Of a stretch of 64,000 nucleotides of DNA, positions 10,473-20,616 are shown in pieces. The position numbers and the translations under genes were made by a program. How positions within the stretch are numbered: the first letter of the stretch is position 1; each line of letters opens with the position of its first letter. The notes under the pieces are model-generated. The model had not been told where the DNA came from and did not search any database. It saw nothing but the letters and a program-made list of their open reading frames with translations. This DNA comes from a virus, in the IMG/VR virus record IMGVR_UViG_3300050821_003860, positions 4,023 through 68,022 of that record. One strand, written 5' to 3'.

Positions 10473-10691
10473 CTAGCAGGTGGCAAATCCGATTGGGAGC
10501 CGTTTCGATTGAGCGATTCCCTTCACTTCACGAACGGGAAGCCAGACTTCCGTGTAAGTGTTGTCTGATTTCCAGTAGCCGACGTTGTATTCGACGTGGC
10601 CATTTCCCTTGATGTTGACCGAGACGATAGTCGCTGACAGCTTGTCGTCGCCAACCTCAACCTTGGTTCCCGGAGCGAACACTTCCAGCAT
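10473..10691 (-). CDS. Small SH3-like hypothetical protein
   Basis: AAGGAG RBS; FAPGTKVEV...EYNVGYW...EVWL. Confidence 0.55.
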   Translation of the reverse strand: MLEVFAPGTKVEVGDDKLSATIVSVNIKGNGHVEYNVGYWKSDNTYTEVWLPVREVKGIAQSKRLPIGFATC

Positions 10692-10834
10692 TTTTACTCC
10701 TTTCGGCCACTGATCAACCTCCGGTGTACCGGGGGTGTACACCCAGTGGCTTCGGCCCTCAATTTGTAACGCATTACTCTAGCGTAACCGATTCTACGTT
10801 GACGAAAGGGGAGGAAGCAATTGCAATCTACCGT

Positions 10835-12343
10835 ATGGTTCAGTCCCGGCATGGAAAGAATGGACGCAGCGCAAACCGGTTGACGCGCCGGTTTCTCAAG
10901 GAAGAATTCGCCCCCGAACCGAATGAGGGGCTTGAGGTAGACGAGAAAAACTGCCTCATCCGCAACATCTGTATCCTCGGGCCGAACTCCCGCAACCGCA
11001 ACCGCTACACGCGTCAGGCGATGGAGCAAGCCGTCGCGGACGGGATTTACGACAACGCGAAATCTTTCATCAACCACCCGGAAGACCCACGCGGGCGCAG
11101 GAAATTCGAGGCGCGACTCGGCAAGACGGTCAACCCCCGCTTTGAGAACGGCCGGGTCTACGCGGATTACCTTTACAACCCGAAGCACGATCAAGCCGAT
11201 TCGCTAGTGTGGGCTGCCAAGAATGACCCGGACTTCGGGGGGTTCTCTCCCAATCACGAAACGGTTGGACACGAGGAAGCAGACGGGACATGGGTGGTCC
11301 ACAAGATCACTCAGGCCCGCAGCGTCGACCTCGTGGCCGAGCCCGCCACTAACCGCAACTTGCAAGAGGGCGCAATGGACCCGGAACTCGATGACATCGA
11401 AGACGGTGGCGGGAATTACGAAGAGCATCTCGGCAAATTGGTTACCGCCGTGATGCGCGATACCTCCCTCGACGTAGCGGCCAAGCGAAAGAAGATTCTC
11501 GGCGCCCTGAAACTCCTCGACGATGAGCCGGAAGAGGAGGTTGAAGACGGCGGCGATATGGTCGGGGACGAAGAGGAAGGCCGCGACGATCACGAGGACA
11601 TGCCCGAATCCCCGGAAAATGAACCGGAGTGGATGGGCAAGGACGAAGAGGAAGACGAGGAGCAGGGCCTCGACGTCGAGCCAATGGCCGAATGCCCCGA
11701 CTGCGGGGGGGAGATGGTCAACGGCGAATGCCCGGCCTGTTCCGGAGAACGGAGCAAGGTGGCGAAAGAGTCGACGGGTTCCAAGCAGGGGAAGAAACGC
11801 ATGAAAGAATCCATCGACTACGCCCGCCAGCTTGCCAAGAGCAAAGACCCTCGCGTCCGTCACATCGCGGAATCGCTCCTGCACAACCTGGACCCTCAAC
11901 CGCCCCGGCGACCAGCAGGTCGCGGTAAGCAACGGCATGTACAAGAGAGTGTCCGCCGTCATCGTCAGGTCCAGGAAGACCTCTCCCATCACCCAGACCC
12001 GCGCGTCCGCCGGCTGGCCCGCGAGCATCAAGACCTCGCGGAACGGCATGACGTGATGGAGTCGCGCCTCGACGAAATGGAGGTGGCGCAACAGCTTACC
12101 TCCAAACGCACCACGGCCCTACGGCTGTGCGAAAAGGCCCATCTACCCCGCGAGGCGGTGACAAAGACCTTCCTTGGACAGCTGCTCGACGCGCCGTCCC
12201 GTCAGGTCATGGAGGACTTGGTAGAGGACCGCCGGCATGCGTTCGGGATTCAGATTCCCGTTTACGCACAAGCGGGGGGTCCAAACGGCATGACGGACAA
12301 GCAAGCCAAGAACATCATCCTGAATGGTCACGCGGAGAAGTAA
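10835..12343 (+). CDS. Prohead protease fused to acidic/coiled scaffold region
   Basis: NSRNRNRYT, FINHPE, GGFSPN, SVDLVAEPAT (His/Ser/Asp); acidic and helical C-terminal half; upstream of capsid genes. Confidence 0.85.
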   Translation: MVQSRHGKNGRSANRLTRRFLKEEFAPEPNEGLEVDEKNCLIRNICILGPNSRNRNRYTRQAMEQAVADGIYDNAKSFINHPEDPRGRRKFEARLGKTVNPRFENGRVYADYLYNPKHDQADSLVWAAKNDPDFGGFSPNHETVGHEEADGTWVVHKITQARSVDLVAEPATNRNLQEGAMDPELDDIEDGGGNYEEHLGKLVTAVMRDTSLDVAAKRKKILGALKLLDDEPEEEVEDGGDMVGDEEEGRDDHEDMPESPENEPEWMGKDEEEDEEQGLDVEPMAECPDCGGEMVNGECPACSGERSKVAKESTGSKQGKKRMKESIDYARQLAKSKDPRVRHIAESLLHNLDPQPPRRPAGRGKQRHVQESVRRHRQVQEDLSHHPDPRVRRLAREHQDLAERHDVMESRLDEMEVAQQLTSKRTTALRLCEKAHLPREAVTKTFLGQLLDAPSRQVMEDLVEDRRHAFGIQIPVYAQAGGPNGMTDKQAKNIILNGHAEK

Positions 12344-12378
12344 GGTTGTTCCGGTCAACGATTTAACGAGGGCTTTCG

Positions 12379-13020
12379 ATGAGCTTCAACCAGAACAACC
12401 TGTACTACCAGTACGGGGACACCCTCCCGGCCTCGGTGCCGTTCGACCAAACGGTCGGGAGCGCGGCCACTACCCCGGTCGGCTTTCCCATCTCGGAAGG
12501 CGACTTGTGCTACTGGGATCCGCAAGATGACTCGATCCAGGCTCCTACGCTGGGGCCGGGCTGCGTCAAGGCGGCGGACCAGTTCCCCTGGACCACGAAC
12601 CTCTCGACAACGCAGGTCAATTTCGGGATTCAATTCTTCGGCATCTCGGCGCAATACTGGGGCGCCCAGTACCCGCTGAACAATGTTCAAGCGAACTACG
12701 GCCTGAAAGCCGGCCTTATCACGATCAATCAAAGCGGGACGTACCTCTTCCCGTGTGCTGCGGGATCAAAGTTCACAGTTGGCGATCTACTCGGCCCGGA
12801 CAAGAATCCCGCTTCCAATAACATCCTCGCTCAGCAGGTGGTCAAGGTCGCAGCCACGGCGAACGCCATCGCCTACTGCGTAACGCCGTGCATCAACGCC
12901 TCGAACGTGCTGATGAAGATTCGCACCTCTTCGGGGGTGGGTGGCCAGGTCCAGCCCACGACTACCACTACCACCACGACTACGACTACCACGACAACCA
13001 CCACAACCACAACGCCTTGA
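12379..13020 (+). CDS. Head decoration/cement protein with C-terminal Thr19-Pro
   Basis: Between scaffold and capsid genes; ISEGDLCYWD...FFGISAQ...FTVGDLLGP pattern. Confidence 0.7.
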   Translation: MSFNQNNLYYQYGDTLPASVPFDQTVGSAATTPVGFPISEGDLCYWDPQDDSIQAPTLGPGCVKAADQFPWTTNLSTTQVNFGIQFFGISAQYWGAQYPLNNVQANYGLKAGLITINQSGTYLFPCAAGSKFTVGDLLGPDKNPASNNILAQQVVKVAATANAIAYCVTPCINASNVLMKIRTSSGVGGQVQPTTTTTTTTTTTTTTTTTTTP

Positions 13021-13053
13021 ACGGGGCTTTCAGTCACCTAAGAGGATTCGCAG

Positions 13054-14490
13054 ATGGCACTTCGGACTCGAAAGCGGCCCGTCTATCAAAATGGCGCCGA
13101 GCGGCGGACGCGGGAGTTGGTGGAAGACTACCGCCCGCGCCTCATGCCCTACGCGCCTCCGGGATACTACGAAACGCCCCCGGACGCTGTGGACCCCAAC
13201 CGGTATCAGGAGCAGACCTCCGTTACCCGCAACCGGGGCATCAACAAGCTCGGCCAGAATATGCGGGCATTGTGCGAGTCCGTGGGACCGCAGGAAGCGG
13301 CGAACATTCTCGGTCGTCTGCTTCAGTCCGGGGAGATCAAGCACACCAATTTCTCGATCAAGGAACTCGCGGAAGCGTTCTGCGGTCGGGATTGGGTGGA
13401 ACGTCTCAACCCTCAGAGGGGCGGGCAGTATCAGCGGTCTGTGATGGAAGGCGGGGCCGGGCAGGGTGTTGATGTCTCGGCGTTTTCGGACATCATCGGG
13501 CAAATCTTCTTCACTCGAATCTTGGAGGGATGGCGCAACGCGACCCTGGTAGCGGAGAAGATTTTCGACCGCCAGCCCACTGAGTTCAGCGGTGAAAAGC
13601 TGCCGTGGCTCTCCCATGTGATTCAGGAAGGCCAGCCGATCCAGTCGAACATGCCGTACCCGGAAGCGAACTTCGGGGAACGGTGGGTGCAGACCCCCTA
13701 TACGCAGAAGTGGGGTATGATCGTCTCCGTCACGCGGGAGATGATCTTCTTCGACCGCACCGGCCAGGTCACTCGCGCGGCTTACGAAGTTGGGAAGAAG
13801 CTCGGCTACAACAAGGAAAAACGCTGTCTCGTCTGCTTCATGGGCATGACGAATACTTACTCGTTGAACGGGACGACGTACAACACCTACAACGTCGGTC
13901 CTCAATCCCCGCCGAGTTACGCGAACGCGCAGGCATCGACCCCGTTCGTGGATTACTCCTCGCTCCAGACGCCCCTAACGCTGTTCAGTCAGATTCTGGA
14001 CCCGGACACGCTGAACCCTCTGGATACCCCGGACTGCAAGGACTTGTTCGTCCTGCCCGCGCGGCTGTTGCACGCTCGGGCCGTGGTGAAGGCGTCGGAA
14101 TATTGGGGCACGAACCCGGCGTTCAACTCTTCGCCAGCTGCCGGGGAGCCCTACGGCAACCTCCAGATGCACTCCCCGAATCCCTGGATGGACGGGGCGC
14201 TGAACATCATCACCAGCCCGATCGCTTACCAATTGCTGACGGCGGGTTCACAGGTCTACGCTCCGGCGTGGGTGAACCTGACCGCCAATCAGGCGAACGA
14301 ATACTGGTGGGTGGGTGATTTCAAGCGGGCCTTCAACTACATGGAAAACTGGCCGATTACCGTCGTGCAGGCGCCGCCTCAGTCGATCCGCGAATTCGAG
14401 CAAGATTTGGTGCTCCGTTACAAGGTGAGCGAGATGGGCACGCCGGCCGTGATCGAGCCTCGGTATCTGTGCCGCCTCAATAACAGCTAA
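13054..14490 (+). CDS. Major capsid protein (HK97 fold, Mu gpT-like)
   Basis: KWGMIVSVTREMIFFDRTG; C-terminal GTPAVIEPRY; size and synteny. Confidence 0.88.
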   Translation: MALRTRKRPVYQNGAERRTRELVEDYRPRLMPYAPPGYYETPPDAVDPNRYQEQTSVTRNRGINKLGQNMRALCESVGPQEAANILGRLLQSGEIKHTNFSIKELAEAFCGRDWVERLNPQRGGQYQRSVMEGGAGQGVDVSAFSDIIGQIFFTRILEGWRNATLVAEKIFDRQPTEFSGEKLPWLSHVIQEGQPIQSNMPYPEANFGERWVQTPYTQKWGMIVSVTREMIFFDRTGQVTRAAYEVGKKLGYNKEKRCLVCFMGMTNTYSLNGTTYNTYNVGPQSPPSYANAQASTPFVDYSSLQTPLTLFSQILDPDTLNPLDTPDCKDLFVLPARLLHARAVVKASEYWGTNPAFNSSPAAGEPYGNLQMHSPNPWMDGALNIITSPIAYQLLTAGSQVYAPAWVNLTANQANEYWWVGDFKRAFNYMENWPITVVQAPPQSIREFEQDLVLRYKVSEMGTPAVIEPRYLCRLNNS

Positions 14491-14500
14491 AGAGGGACCG

Positions 14501-15220
14501 ATGGCAGAAGATAAACAAGCCGCTGACGCCAGCATTCAGGCCGCGAACGACAAGGCCATCGAAGCCGCACGCGCCCTTGCACGGGAGAAAGCCAAGAATG
14601 CCGTCAAGGACGTTCAGAAAGGGCCGCAAGCTACGCTTCAGAATGCAGCGCTGGCCGCTCTGGCGTCGGGTGCTCAGACTTCAGTGCAATCGGGTTTCCA
14701 GAAGACACTGGAGCAGCAGGCCGCCGCGTTCATTCAACCCCCGGCGCAAGCAGCTCCTGAAGTGCCTCCCCCCGAGCCGCTCACCGAAGCGGAGCAGGCC
14801 GAGTACAAGTCCGCGCTGGAACGGATTCAGGAACTCCAGAAGAAGGCATATGGCGATGCCATGCCTCCGGAGGGTGTGCCGGCCCTACGACCCGTCAAGA
14901 AATGGCGGGTGCGCCTGGACGGGGTGACGATCGGCACCACGGCGGGGGCGAAGCAGTTGGTCGCCTACCAGCGCAACACGAAGATGGTTCCGCACCCTCT
15001 CCCCGGTTACAGGCCGCTCCTCTGTCCCGATGGTCTGGACGTGGTGGAAGCCACGAGCGAAGGGGAAGCGTTCGAGAAACTCAAGGCGCGGTTCTCGATC
15101 ATTCAGACTGAAAAGACTCCTGTGATTGTGGAGTACAACAGCGCCAAGGACCGGGAACTGTTGCAGGCCGAGTTCCTCGCGGGAGTCGCCAGCGGCGATG
15201 ACATGCGGATCCCGGCGTAG
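14501..15220 (+). CDS. Hypothetical head-region protein
   Basis: GAGGG RBS, directly after capsid gene. Confidence 0.65.
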   Translation: MAEDKQAADASIQAANDKAIEAARALAREKAKNAVKDVQKGPQATLQNAALAALASGAQTSVQSGFQKTLEQQAAAFIQPPAQAAPEVPPPEPLTEAEQAEYKSALERIQELQKKAYGDAMPPEGVPALRPVKKWRVRLDGVTIGTTAGAKQLVAYQRNTKMVPHPLPGYRPLLCPDGLDVVEATSEGEAFEKLKARFSIIQTEKTPVIVEYNSAKDRELLQAEFLAGVASGDDMRIPA

Positions 15221-15265
15221 GTGTACCTCCCCGGTACACCGCTGGGTGTCAAGGGGGTTCACACC
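15220..15265. repeat. Tandem pair of GGTGT-N11-ACACC palindromes (15220-15240, 15245-15265)
   Basis: Read directly; first copy overlaps the upstream TAG stop. Confidence 0.85.
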
Positions 15266-15295
15266 TGAGTCTAAAACGGACATCGTTGGTGTGAC

Positions 15296-15514
15296 ATGCC
15301 GCTTTTGCCGGGTTCCAGTGACGCGGTTGTTTCGCACAACATAGCGGAAATGATCAAGGCGGGTCATCCGAATGACCAGGCAGTTGCGGCGGCGTTCCGG
15401 AAGGCCGGCCGGTCGAAGTCCAAGAAAGAGAATGTCAAAGAGGACGACGAAGCGAGCGGCCAGTTTCAGGCGAAGGTCCGGAGATTGCTCGAGCGCTGTC
15501 GAAAGGGGAAGTGA
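15296..15514 (+). CDS. Small basic phage protein (MPL..G.S...S.NI.EM...G....QAVA type)
   Basis: Motif common in head modules. Confidence 0.65.
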   Translation: MPLLPGSSDAVVSHNIAEMIKAGHPNDQAVAAAFRKAGRSKSKKENVKEDDEASGQFQAKVRRLLERCRKGK

Positions 15515-15798
15515 TGTCTCCCAGCGTTCCGAACACCGTCTTGCTCGCCAACCTTCAGGCCGCACAGCAGAACATCTCGGCGCTGATCGCGGACATCACC
15601 GCGAACCCCAAACCCACGTACAACGTCGATGGGCAAAATGTCGACTGGACGACGTACCTGTCGACCCTGATCGAGAAGTCAAAAAACCTCAACGAACTGA
15701 TTCAAGTCGCCGGGGGGAACTTTGAACTACAAACGACCATGCTTCCGGGCGGGGGCGGGAATAGCGGCGTAGGCGGTGGAATACCGGGGATCTGGTAA
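15514..15798 (+). CDS. Head-tail adaptor (gpW-like)
   Basis: PKPTYNVDGQNVDW...L; position. Confidence 0.65.
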   Translation: MSPSVPNTVLLANLQAAQQNISALIADITANPKPTYNVDGQNVDWTTYLSTLIEKSKNLNELIQVAGGNFELQTTMLPGGGGNSGVGGGIPGIW

Positions 15799-16149
15799 AT
15801 GTCCACCATCCCAAACCTGATGAACGTCTTCGATGACTTCCAAGTTGTCGACCAGCTAGAGCAAGTAACTCTCTTCCGCAAGCAGCCGGACGGGACGTTT
15901 GACACCGGGACCATCTGCTACAACGCTCTCCGGCGCGAGGAGTTGATAACCGAGATCAAGGACGGGGTTTACTTCGCAACGCAGGTAGTGACCTGGCACA
16001 TTTGGGTCGCGGACTTGAACAGTCAACCCCCTCCGAAGATCCGAGACGTCGTGCAGGATGGGAACGGGGTACGCTGGACGGTCAACGAGGAAGTGAAATA
16101 CTCGACGTGGCGGACTCGTTACCCCTTGCGGACGATTCAAGAGCATTGA
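15799..16149 (+). CDS. Head closure/head-tail joining protein
   Basis: PPKIRDVVQDGNGVRWTV; position. Confidence 0.6.
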   Translation: MSTIPNLMNVFDDFQVVDQLEQVTLFRKQPDGTFDTGTICYNALRREELITEIKDGVYFATQVVTWHIWVADLNSQPPPKIRDVVQDGNGVRWTVNEEVKYSTWRTRYPLRTIQEH

Positions 16150-16158
16150 GAGTGAAGC

Positions 16159-16650
16159 TTGTCCGTCCAGTTGACCATCCTGAACGGCATGGTGGCCTAC
16201 CTCAAGACGCTCACCTGGACGGGTTCCGGAGCGATTGGAACGATTCAGCCCGCGAACATCATGGTCCGGGCGCTACCGGTTGCCGAGCAAGGGTTGGAAG
16301 TCCTGCCGGCTATCTGTGTGTGTCCGGGAGAGACGGGACAGGGGGAGAAGGTCGATCAACTCCGGATGGGATCGCACGGGGAGGTCAAAGTCACCTACCG
16401 GATTCAGTTGGGCATCGTCATCAACGACAACAGCGGCTGGGATCAAAACCTTCCGCTGTACCTAACCTGGAGAGAGCAGCTACGGAAAGCCTTCCAGGAC
16501 TGGCAGAACGTGATCAACGGTGTCCCCCCGGTGTGGCAGACATGGGTGCTTCCCCGGGAAGTGATCGACCGGGCCAAGCTGAATCAGAACTACGGGTACA
16601 TCGTGGTTGCCGTGGACGTGATAACGAACGAGCCGCGCGGCACTCATTAG
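16159..16650 (+). CDS. Tail terminator/completion protein
   Basis: LPAICVCP motif; directly upstream of tail tube. Confidence 0.55.
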   Translation: MSVQLTILNGMVAYLKTLTWTGSGAIGTIQPANIMVRALPVAEQGLEVLPAICVCPGETGQGEKVDQLRMGSHGEVKVTYRIQLGIVINDNSGWDQNLPLYLTWREQLRKAFQDWQNVINGVPPVWQTWVLPREVIDRAKLNQNYGYIVVAVDVITNEPRGTH

Positions 16651-16659
16651 AGGAATGAC

Positions 16660-17115
16660 ATGGCTACCACCGGTCTACCGCTGTCCGGAACAGACGGGGA
16701 AGTCTCCGTCAACGGCGTTGAATTGACGATGGACAAGTGGCAGATCAGTTCCAAGACGCCCTCCATCGGCGCCTCGTCCTTTCGGGGCCAAGGGTTCTAC
16801 GAACAGACCCGTGGTCTCCGGAAAGCCTCGGTCCGGTTCTCCGGGTACTGGGATGCGAATGCGAATCCGGGAGCCAATCCGCCGAACCTGAACGATTCGC
16901 AGTTTCTCCAGAACGTGAAGCTGTACATCTCACGGTCGATGGGCATTGCCTACCTCTTCGCGCAGTTCTACGTGGAGGAGATCATTCCGAAGGACGATCT
17001 TGAGGGACGCGCGGATTTCGAGGTCGTGGGTTACGGAGACGGGGTTTACACGACGGCCCTGACGTATACGACCACGACAACCACCACGACCACGACGACT
17101 ACCACGACGCCATGA
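16660..17115 (+). CDS. Tail tube protein with C-terminal Thr14-Pro
   Basis: SGTDGEVSVNG...KWQIS...GLRKASVRFSGYWD...FEVVGYGDG. Confidence 0.75.
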   Translation: MATTGLPLSGTDGEVSVNGVELTMDKWQISSKTPSIGASSFRGQGFYEQTRGLRKASVRFSGYWDANANPGANPPNLNDSQFLQNVKLYISRSMGIAYLFAQFYVEEIIPKDDLEGRADFEVVGYGDGVYTTALTYTTTTTTTTTTTTTTP

Positions 17116-17122
17116 GGGACAA

Positions 17123-17587
17123 GTGAGCGAGCTCGGCCAAGCACTGGGGATTGGACCGCCCATCGACTTCGAGGGGAAGACGTACATCGTCACGCCCTTT
17201 GACATCGGCCAGGCTGCGGAGTTTGAATACTGGATGGAGGCCGAGCTCTGGCGGTCGGTAGAACGACAACGTAACGCTTCCACGCCTCAGGCTCACCAGG
17301 AGCGCGTCGCTGCTACTTTGGAGGTGATTGGCGGGGGCGGGTTGAAGTACGGTACGCAACTCCACGCCAATATGGCGAAGTCCATTGAGGGGCGGACCTA
17401 CCTCCTGTACCTCATGCTCAAAGTGCGGCAGCCGGACGTTAGTTTGGACGTGGCTCGCCGCATGCTGGACTCGGAAATGAAGGCGTTCTTTGAGGCGTTG
17501 CAGAGGAAGATTTTCGACCCAAACTCCTCGACCCCGGAGAAGAAGACTCCGGGGGAAGAAACGGGCGAAAACGAAAAAGCAGCATGA
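17123..17587 (+). CDS. Tail assembly chaperone
   Basis: Position between tube and tape measure. Confidence 0.55.
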   Translation: MSELGQALGIGPPIDFEGKTYIVTPFDIGQAAEFEYWMEAELWRSVERQRNASTPQAHQERVAATLEVIGGGGLKYGTQLHANMAKSIEGRTYLLYLMLKVRQPDVSLDVARRMLDSEMKAFFEALQRKIFDPNSSTPEKKTPGEETGENEKAA

Positions 17588-17892
17588 CGGCAACGCAGAT
17601 GGTCGGGTTTCTGGTCGAGCGCTTCCCGAACAAGTCCATCGAAGAAATCAAGCGGATCACTTTCTACCAGCTCCACCGCGTCTACCTCTGCGAACGCGAC
17701 GACAAAGGCGTTCCCTTGCTTCCAGGGAGGAAAAAGGGATTGTCGGCCCCTACCTACCGCGAGACGTTCTGGAACACCTGGAAGGATCGCGGGGAGACGG
17801 AGAAACAGATTGAGAAACGCTGGGAAGATTACGTCCTCACCAATTACGTGAAGCGAGACACCGATGCCCGATCCCGTAACGGACATCGCTAA
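17584..17892 (+). CDS. Second tail assembly chaperone-like ORF
   Basis: EEIKRITFYQL motif; ATGA overlap in the -1 frame. Confidence 0.55.
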   Translation: MTATQMVGFLVERFPNKSIEEIKRITFYQLHRVYLCERDDKGVPLLPGRKKGLSAPTYRETFWNTWKDRGETEKQIEKRWEDYVLTNYVKRDTDARSRNGHR

Positions 17893-19477
17893 TGCGTTCG
17901 ACCTGGCAACCGTCGCTCTCAAAGCGGCGACGGACATGATTGCGCTGGCAACGCAACAGTCTCAATTACTGACTTCCGCTCAGAATTCGCAAGTTGCGTC
18001 GTTGATGGCTCAGACGACCGCGATGGACTCGGCCACAGGCAGCGTAATCTCTGCGCTCTACACGACTAGCGGTGCCCTGGCTACAGCCACTGCACAATCG
18101 CAGGCTCTCGCAGCAGCGCAGGCGGCAATTATCACGCAACTTAGCGGTGCCAACGCGGGAGCGGGCATCTACGGACCGGCCACGTTCGGATTGCAATTGT
18201 TTACCCGGGCTGTGAACGATGCGGCGGTTGCGGCGTGGAATTTCACGCAGGCTGCAAACAATCCGCAGAACCCGCCCGGACCTCCGCGCCCGCCAAGTGG
18301 AGGCGGACCCAAAGGCCCGGGCGATGCGTTTCTTGTTGCGGCTCAAAAAGCTGCTGCACAGTTCGACGTGGTGAACAACGCGATCTTGGGAGCGGTCCAC
18401 AATGCCTCTCCCGTTGCCTGGGACACGCTAGGAAAGAGTTTCGCCATCTTGGGCGCCCAAATCGGCAAGTCGTTCATCCCCTACGTTATCGAGGCTGCCG
18501 GGTGGCTCCAAAAGGGAGCAGACTACGTTGCCACGATGGACACGGCGCAAAAGTCCAGCATCGCGCGGTGGATCGAGTATGGAGTGGTTGTTCTAGCAGC
18601 TGGGAAGGGGATCAGTATCGTCCTATCCCTTCTAACGCCCCTGGCAACGGGCCTGAGGCTCGTGGGAGCCTCTCTGGCATTCTTGATAGCCAATCCGGCC
18701 GTAGCTGCTGTGGCACTGTTCGCGGCAGGGCTCGGTTACGTGGCGTATCAAGCCGATCAGGCAGTGGATGCTCTGAGTAGACTCGTACACGCTCAAGACA
18801 ATTTGGCGGACAGCATCAGCAAAACGGACCTCATGGCCTCAAAGGAATTCCAGAACGCGGCGGCTCAGAAAAATCCAGATGAGCGCAAGAAGGAATTGCA
18901 GCAGCAGATGCAGGCTGTCATTACCGAAACCGCGAAGAAACTGGAAGAACTTAAACGTATCGAGTCCGGCGGCATTCTCCAGGACATCCCTCTCCTCAAT
19001 AAACTCCCGTCCGGGGAAATAGGGCAGGGAATCGGAATAAGTTTGCATGCAAAAGAAATCAAAACGCTATCGGATGAAATTCTCGGCCTCCAGAAGCGCC
19101 TTGAACTCCTGAAGGCGACTTACAACCAATTGGTTTTGGGCAAACCTTTCGTACCCGGCCCGGCTGGAGCTGCTGCGGATGCCGAGTTAGAGAAGAAAAA
19201 GGCAGCGGCCAGTGGAAAAACGCCGAGCGGTGGCAAGGGTCCGTCGCTTGATGTATCTCACGAGATGCAGCCGCAATACTTCTCCGACTTCGCACAGGCC
19301 CGCAAGGCGATTGAGCTCGCGTCCGTGGGCAAGAGTGACTTGGACCGGCAGTTACTCCAGGCCCAGCGCGACGGCAACCAAATCGCCAAGCAAGCGGCCG
19401 ATGACATCAAGCAGCTCAACGCCAAGACTCCTCCGTTGCCCGGACCGCAACCGAAACCCACGACCATCGGGCCCTGA
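17864..19477 (+). CDS. Tape measure protein (short, 537 aa)
   Basis: Ala-rich helical composition, central hydrophobic segments, synteny. Confidence 0.75.
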   Translation: MPDPVTDIANAFDLATVALKAATDMIALATQQSQLLTSAQNSQVASLMAQTTAMDSATGSVISALYTTSGALATATAQSQALAAAQAAIITQLSGANAGAGIYGPATFGLQLFTRAVNDAAVAAWNFTQAANNPQNPPGPPRPPSGGGPKGPGDAFLVAAQKAAAQFDVVNNAILGAVHNASPVAWDTLGKSFAILGAQIGKSFIPYVIEAAGWLQKGADYVATMDTAQKSSIARWIEYGVVVLAAGKGISIVLSLLTPLATGLRLVGASLAFLIANPAVAAVALFAAGLGYVAYQADQAVDALSRLVHAQDNLADSISKTDLMASKEFQNAAAQKNPDERKKELQQQMQAVITETAKKLEELKRIESGGILQDIPLLNKLPSGEIGQGIGISLHAKEIKTLSDEILGLQKRLELLKATYNQLVLGKPFVPGPAGAAADAELEKKKAAASGKTPSGGKGPSLDVSHEMQPQYFSDFAQARKAIELASVGKSDLDRQLLQAQRDGNQIAKQAADDIKQLNAKTPPLPGPQPKPTTIGP

Positions 19478-19480
19478 GAA

Positions 19481-20608
19481 ATGGGTAGCCCGCTCAATAC
19501 ACCCCCGGAAACCTTCACCAACACCTTTTCAGGGGCTACGTTCGACTATTGGCGTTCGGTCGAGGGGCTTGAGTACCCCGCTGAGGCGATGGAGAATGAT
19601 AACGAGACCATCGACTGGCTTGTGTACGTTGGCTATTCTGAGCGCATTTCCGCTACACAGAATTGGATTGGCTACCCGGTTATTAAAACGGATTACTCGC
19701 AGAGTCCTCCCGTCCAGTACATTTCCCGGATCATCCCGTTCGGCAACCCGGAATGGTTGAACGTGGATACCGGCAACCCCTTTATGTGGTGTACCAGGGT
19801 TGAGACCAAACCCCACTCGTTTCTGACGGACGACGCCGGGACGAACCCCCTCCCGACAGACGGGACGCCCCCCTTTGACTACGCGAGTCAATTACTGCAC
19901 TTTGAATCGCCGATGTACGACGTGCGGGACGACAACGATCCTCTCGTGATCGGTCCCTACATCCAAGGGGGAAGTCCCTACGCGGGCTTGCCGGATGAGA
20001 GTCTGTTGACCCGCTATGTGACGATCTTGAACAAGCCGAGCGGAGAATACCTCTCTCTTCCGGCTGGGTCGTTCAAGTATGTCATTCAGTCCCCGACAGC
20101 GGTCCCCGGACAGCCCGGCATCATTCAGCCCTCCAGCCGGTATGAAATAGCATGGGAGCAAGTCCCCCGTGCGGCGATCGGGATGAAGGCGATCAACAAG
20201 ACCGCCCCTCCCACGGGGTACTCGATTGACTACGCCATCGGGAAATTGAACCTCACGACGTTCATGGGCTGCCAGCCGGGCACGTTGCTCTGCGAGCCGC
20301 CCGCGGTCACGCCGATTCGGTCGATCCAGGGCTTGAAACTATTTCGAGTGGTATTCGGCCTGAAGTATTTTGAGGGAGGCTTTCTTCAGGCGCCGAATCC
20401 CAACGCTGGAAAGCTATCCGGGTTCAACAGCGTCTACTACCCGCCCTCAGGGGGAAATCCGGGGTTCTACGCCGAAGTGACGACAGACGGGATGTCTCAC
20501 TCTCCGGGCGATGACACCCCAACGACGCAGTATCATATCTACCGGTACGCCGAGTTCGCTAATATGTTCCGCGTCCCGGCAGCCGGAATGACACCGAACC
20601 CTACCTGA
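19481..20608 (+). CDS. Distal tail/tail tip protein
   Basis: Follows tape measure; GKLNLTTFMGCQPGTLLC. Confidence 0.6.
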   Translation: MGSPLNTPPETFTNTFSGATFDYWRSVEGLEYPAEAMENDNETIDWLVYVGYSERISATQNWIGYPVIKTDYSQSPPVQYISRIIPFGNPEWLNVDTGNPFMWCTRVETKPHSFLTDDAGTNPLPTDGTPPFDYASQLLHFESPMYDVRDDNDPLVIGPYIQGGSPYAGLPDESLLTRYVTILNKPSGEYLSLPAGSFKYVIQSPTAVPGQPGIIQPSSRYEIAWEQVPRAAIGMKAINKTAPPTGYSIDYAIGKLNLTTFMGCQPGTLLCEPPAVTPIRSIQGLKLFRVVFGLKYFEGGFLQAPNPNAGKLSGFNSVYYPPSGGNPGFYAEVTTDGMSHSPGDDTPTTQYHIYRYAEFANMFRVPAAGMTPNPT

Positions 20609-20616
20609 GAGTCTCT

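Noticed and set aside
12958-13017. Poly-Thr as a phase-variable microsatellite
   Set aside because: Codons are mixed ACG/ACT/ACC/ACA, indicating protein-level selection.
11204-13905. Long antisense ORFs (11204-12091, 13030-13905; also 56292-57395 and 48721-49557)
   Set aside because: Shadow frames opposite well-supported genes in GC-rich DNA, with no recognisable motifs.
17560-17590. Programmed -1 frameshift in the tail chaperones
   Set aside because: The second ORF is in the -1 frame, but the in-frame heptamer (C GAA AAA) is non-canonical and an ATGA overlap already explains expression; unresolved.
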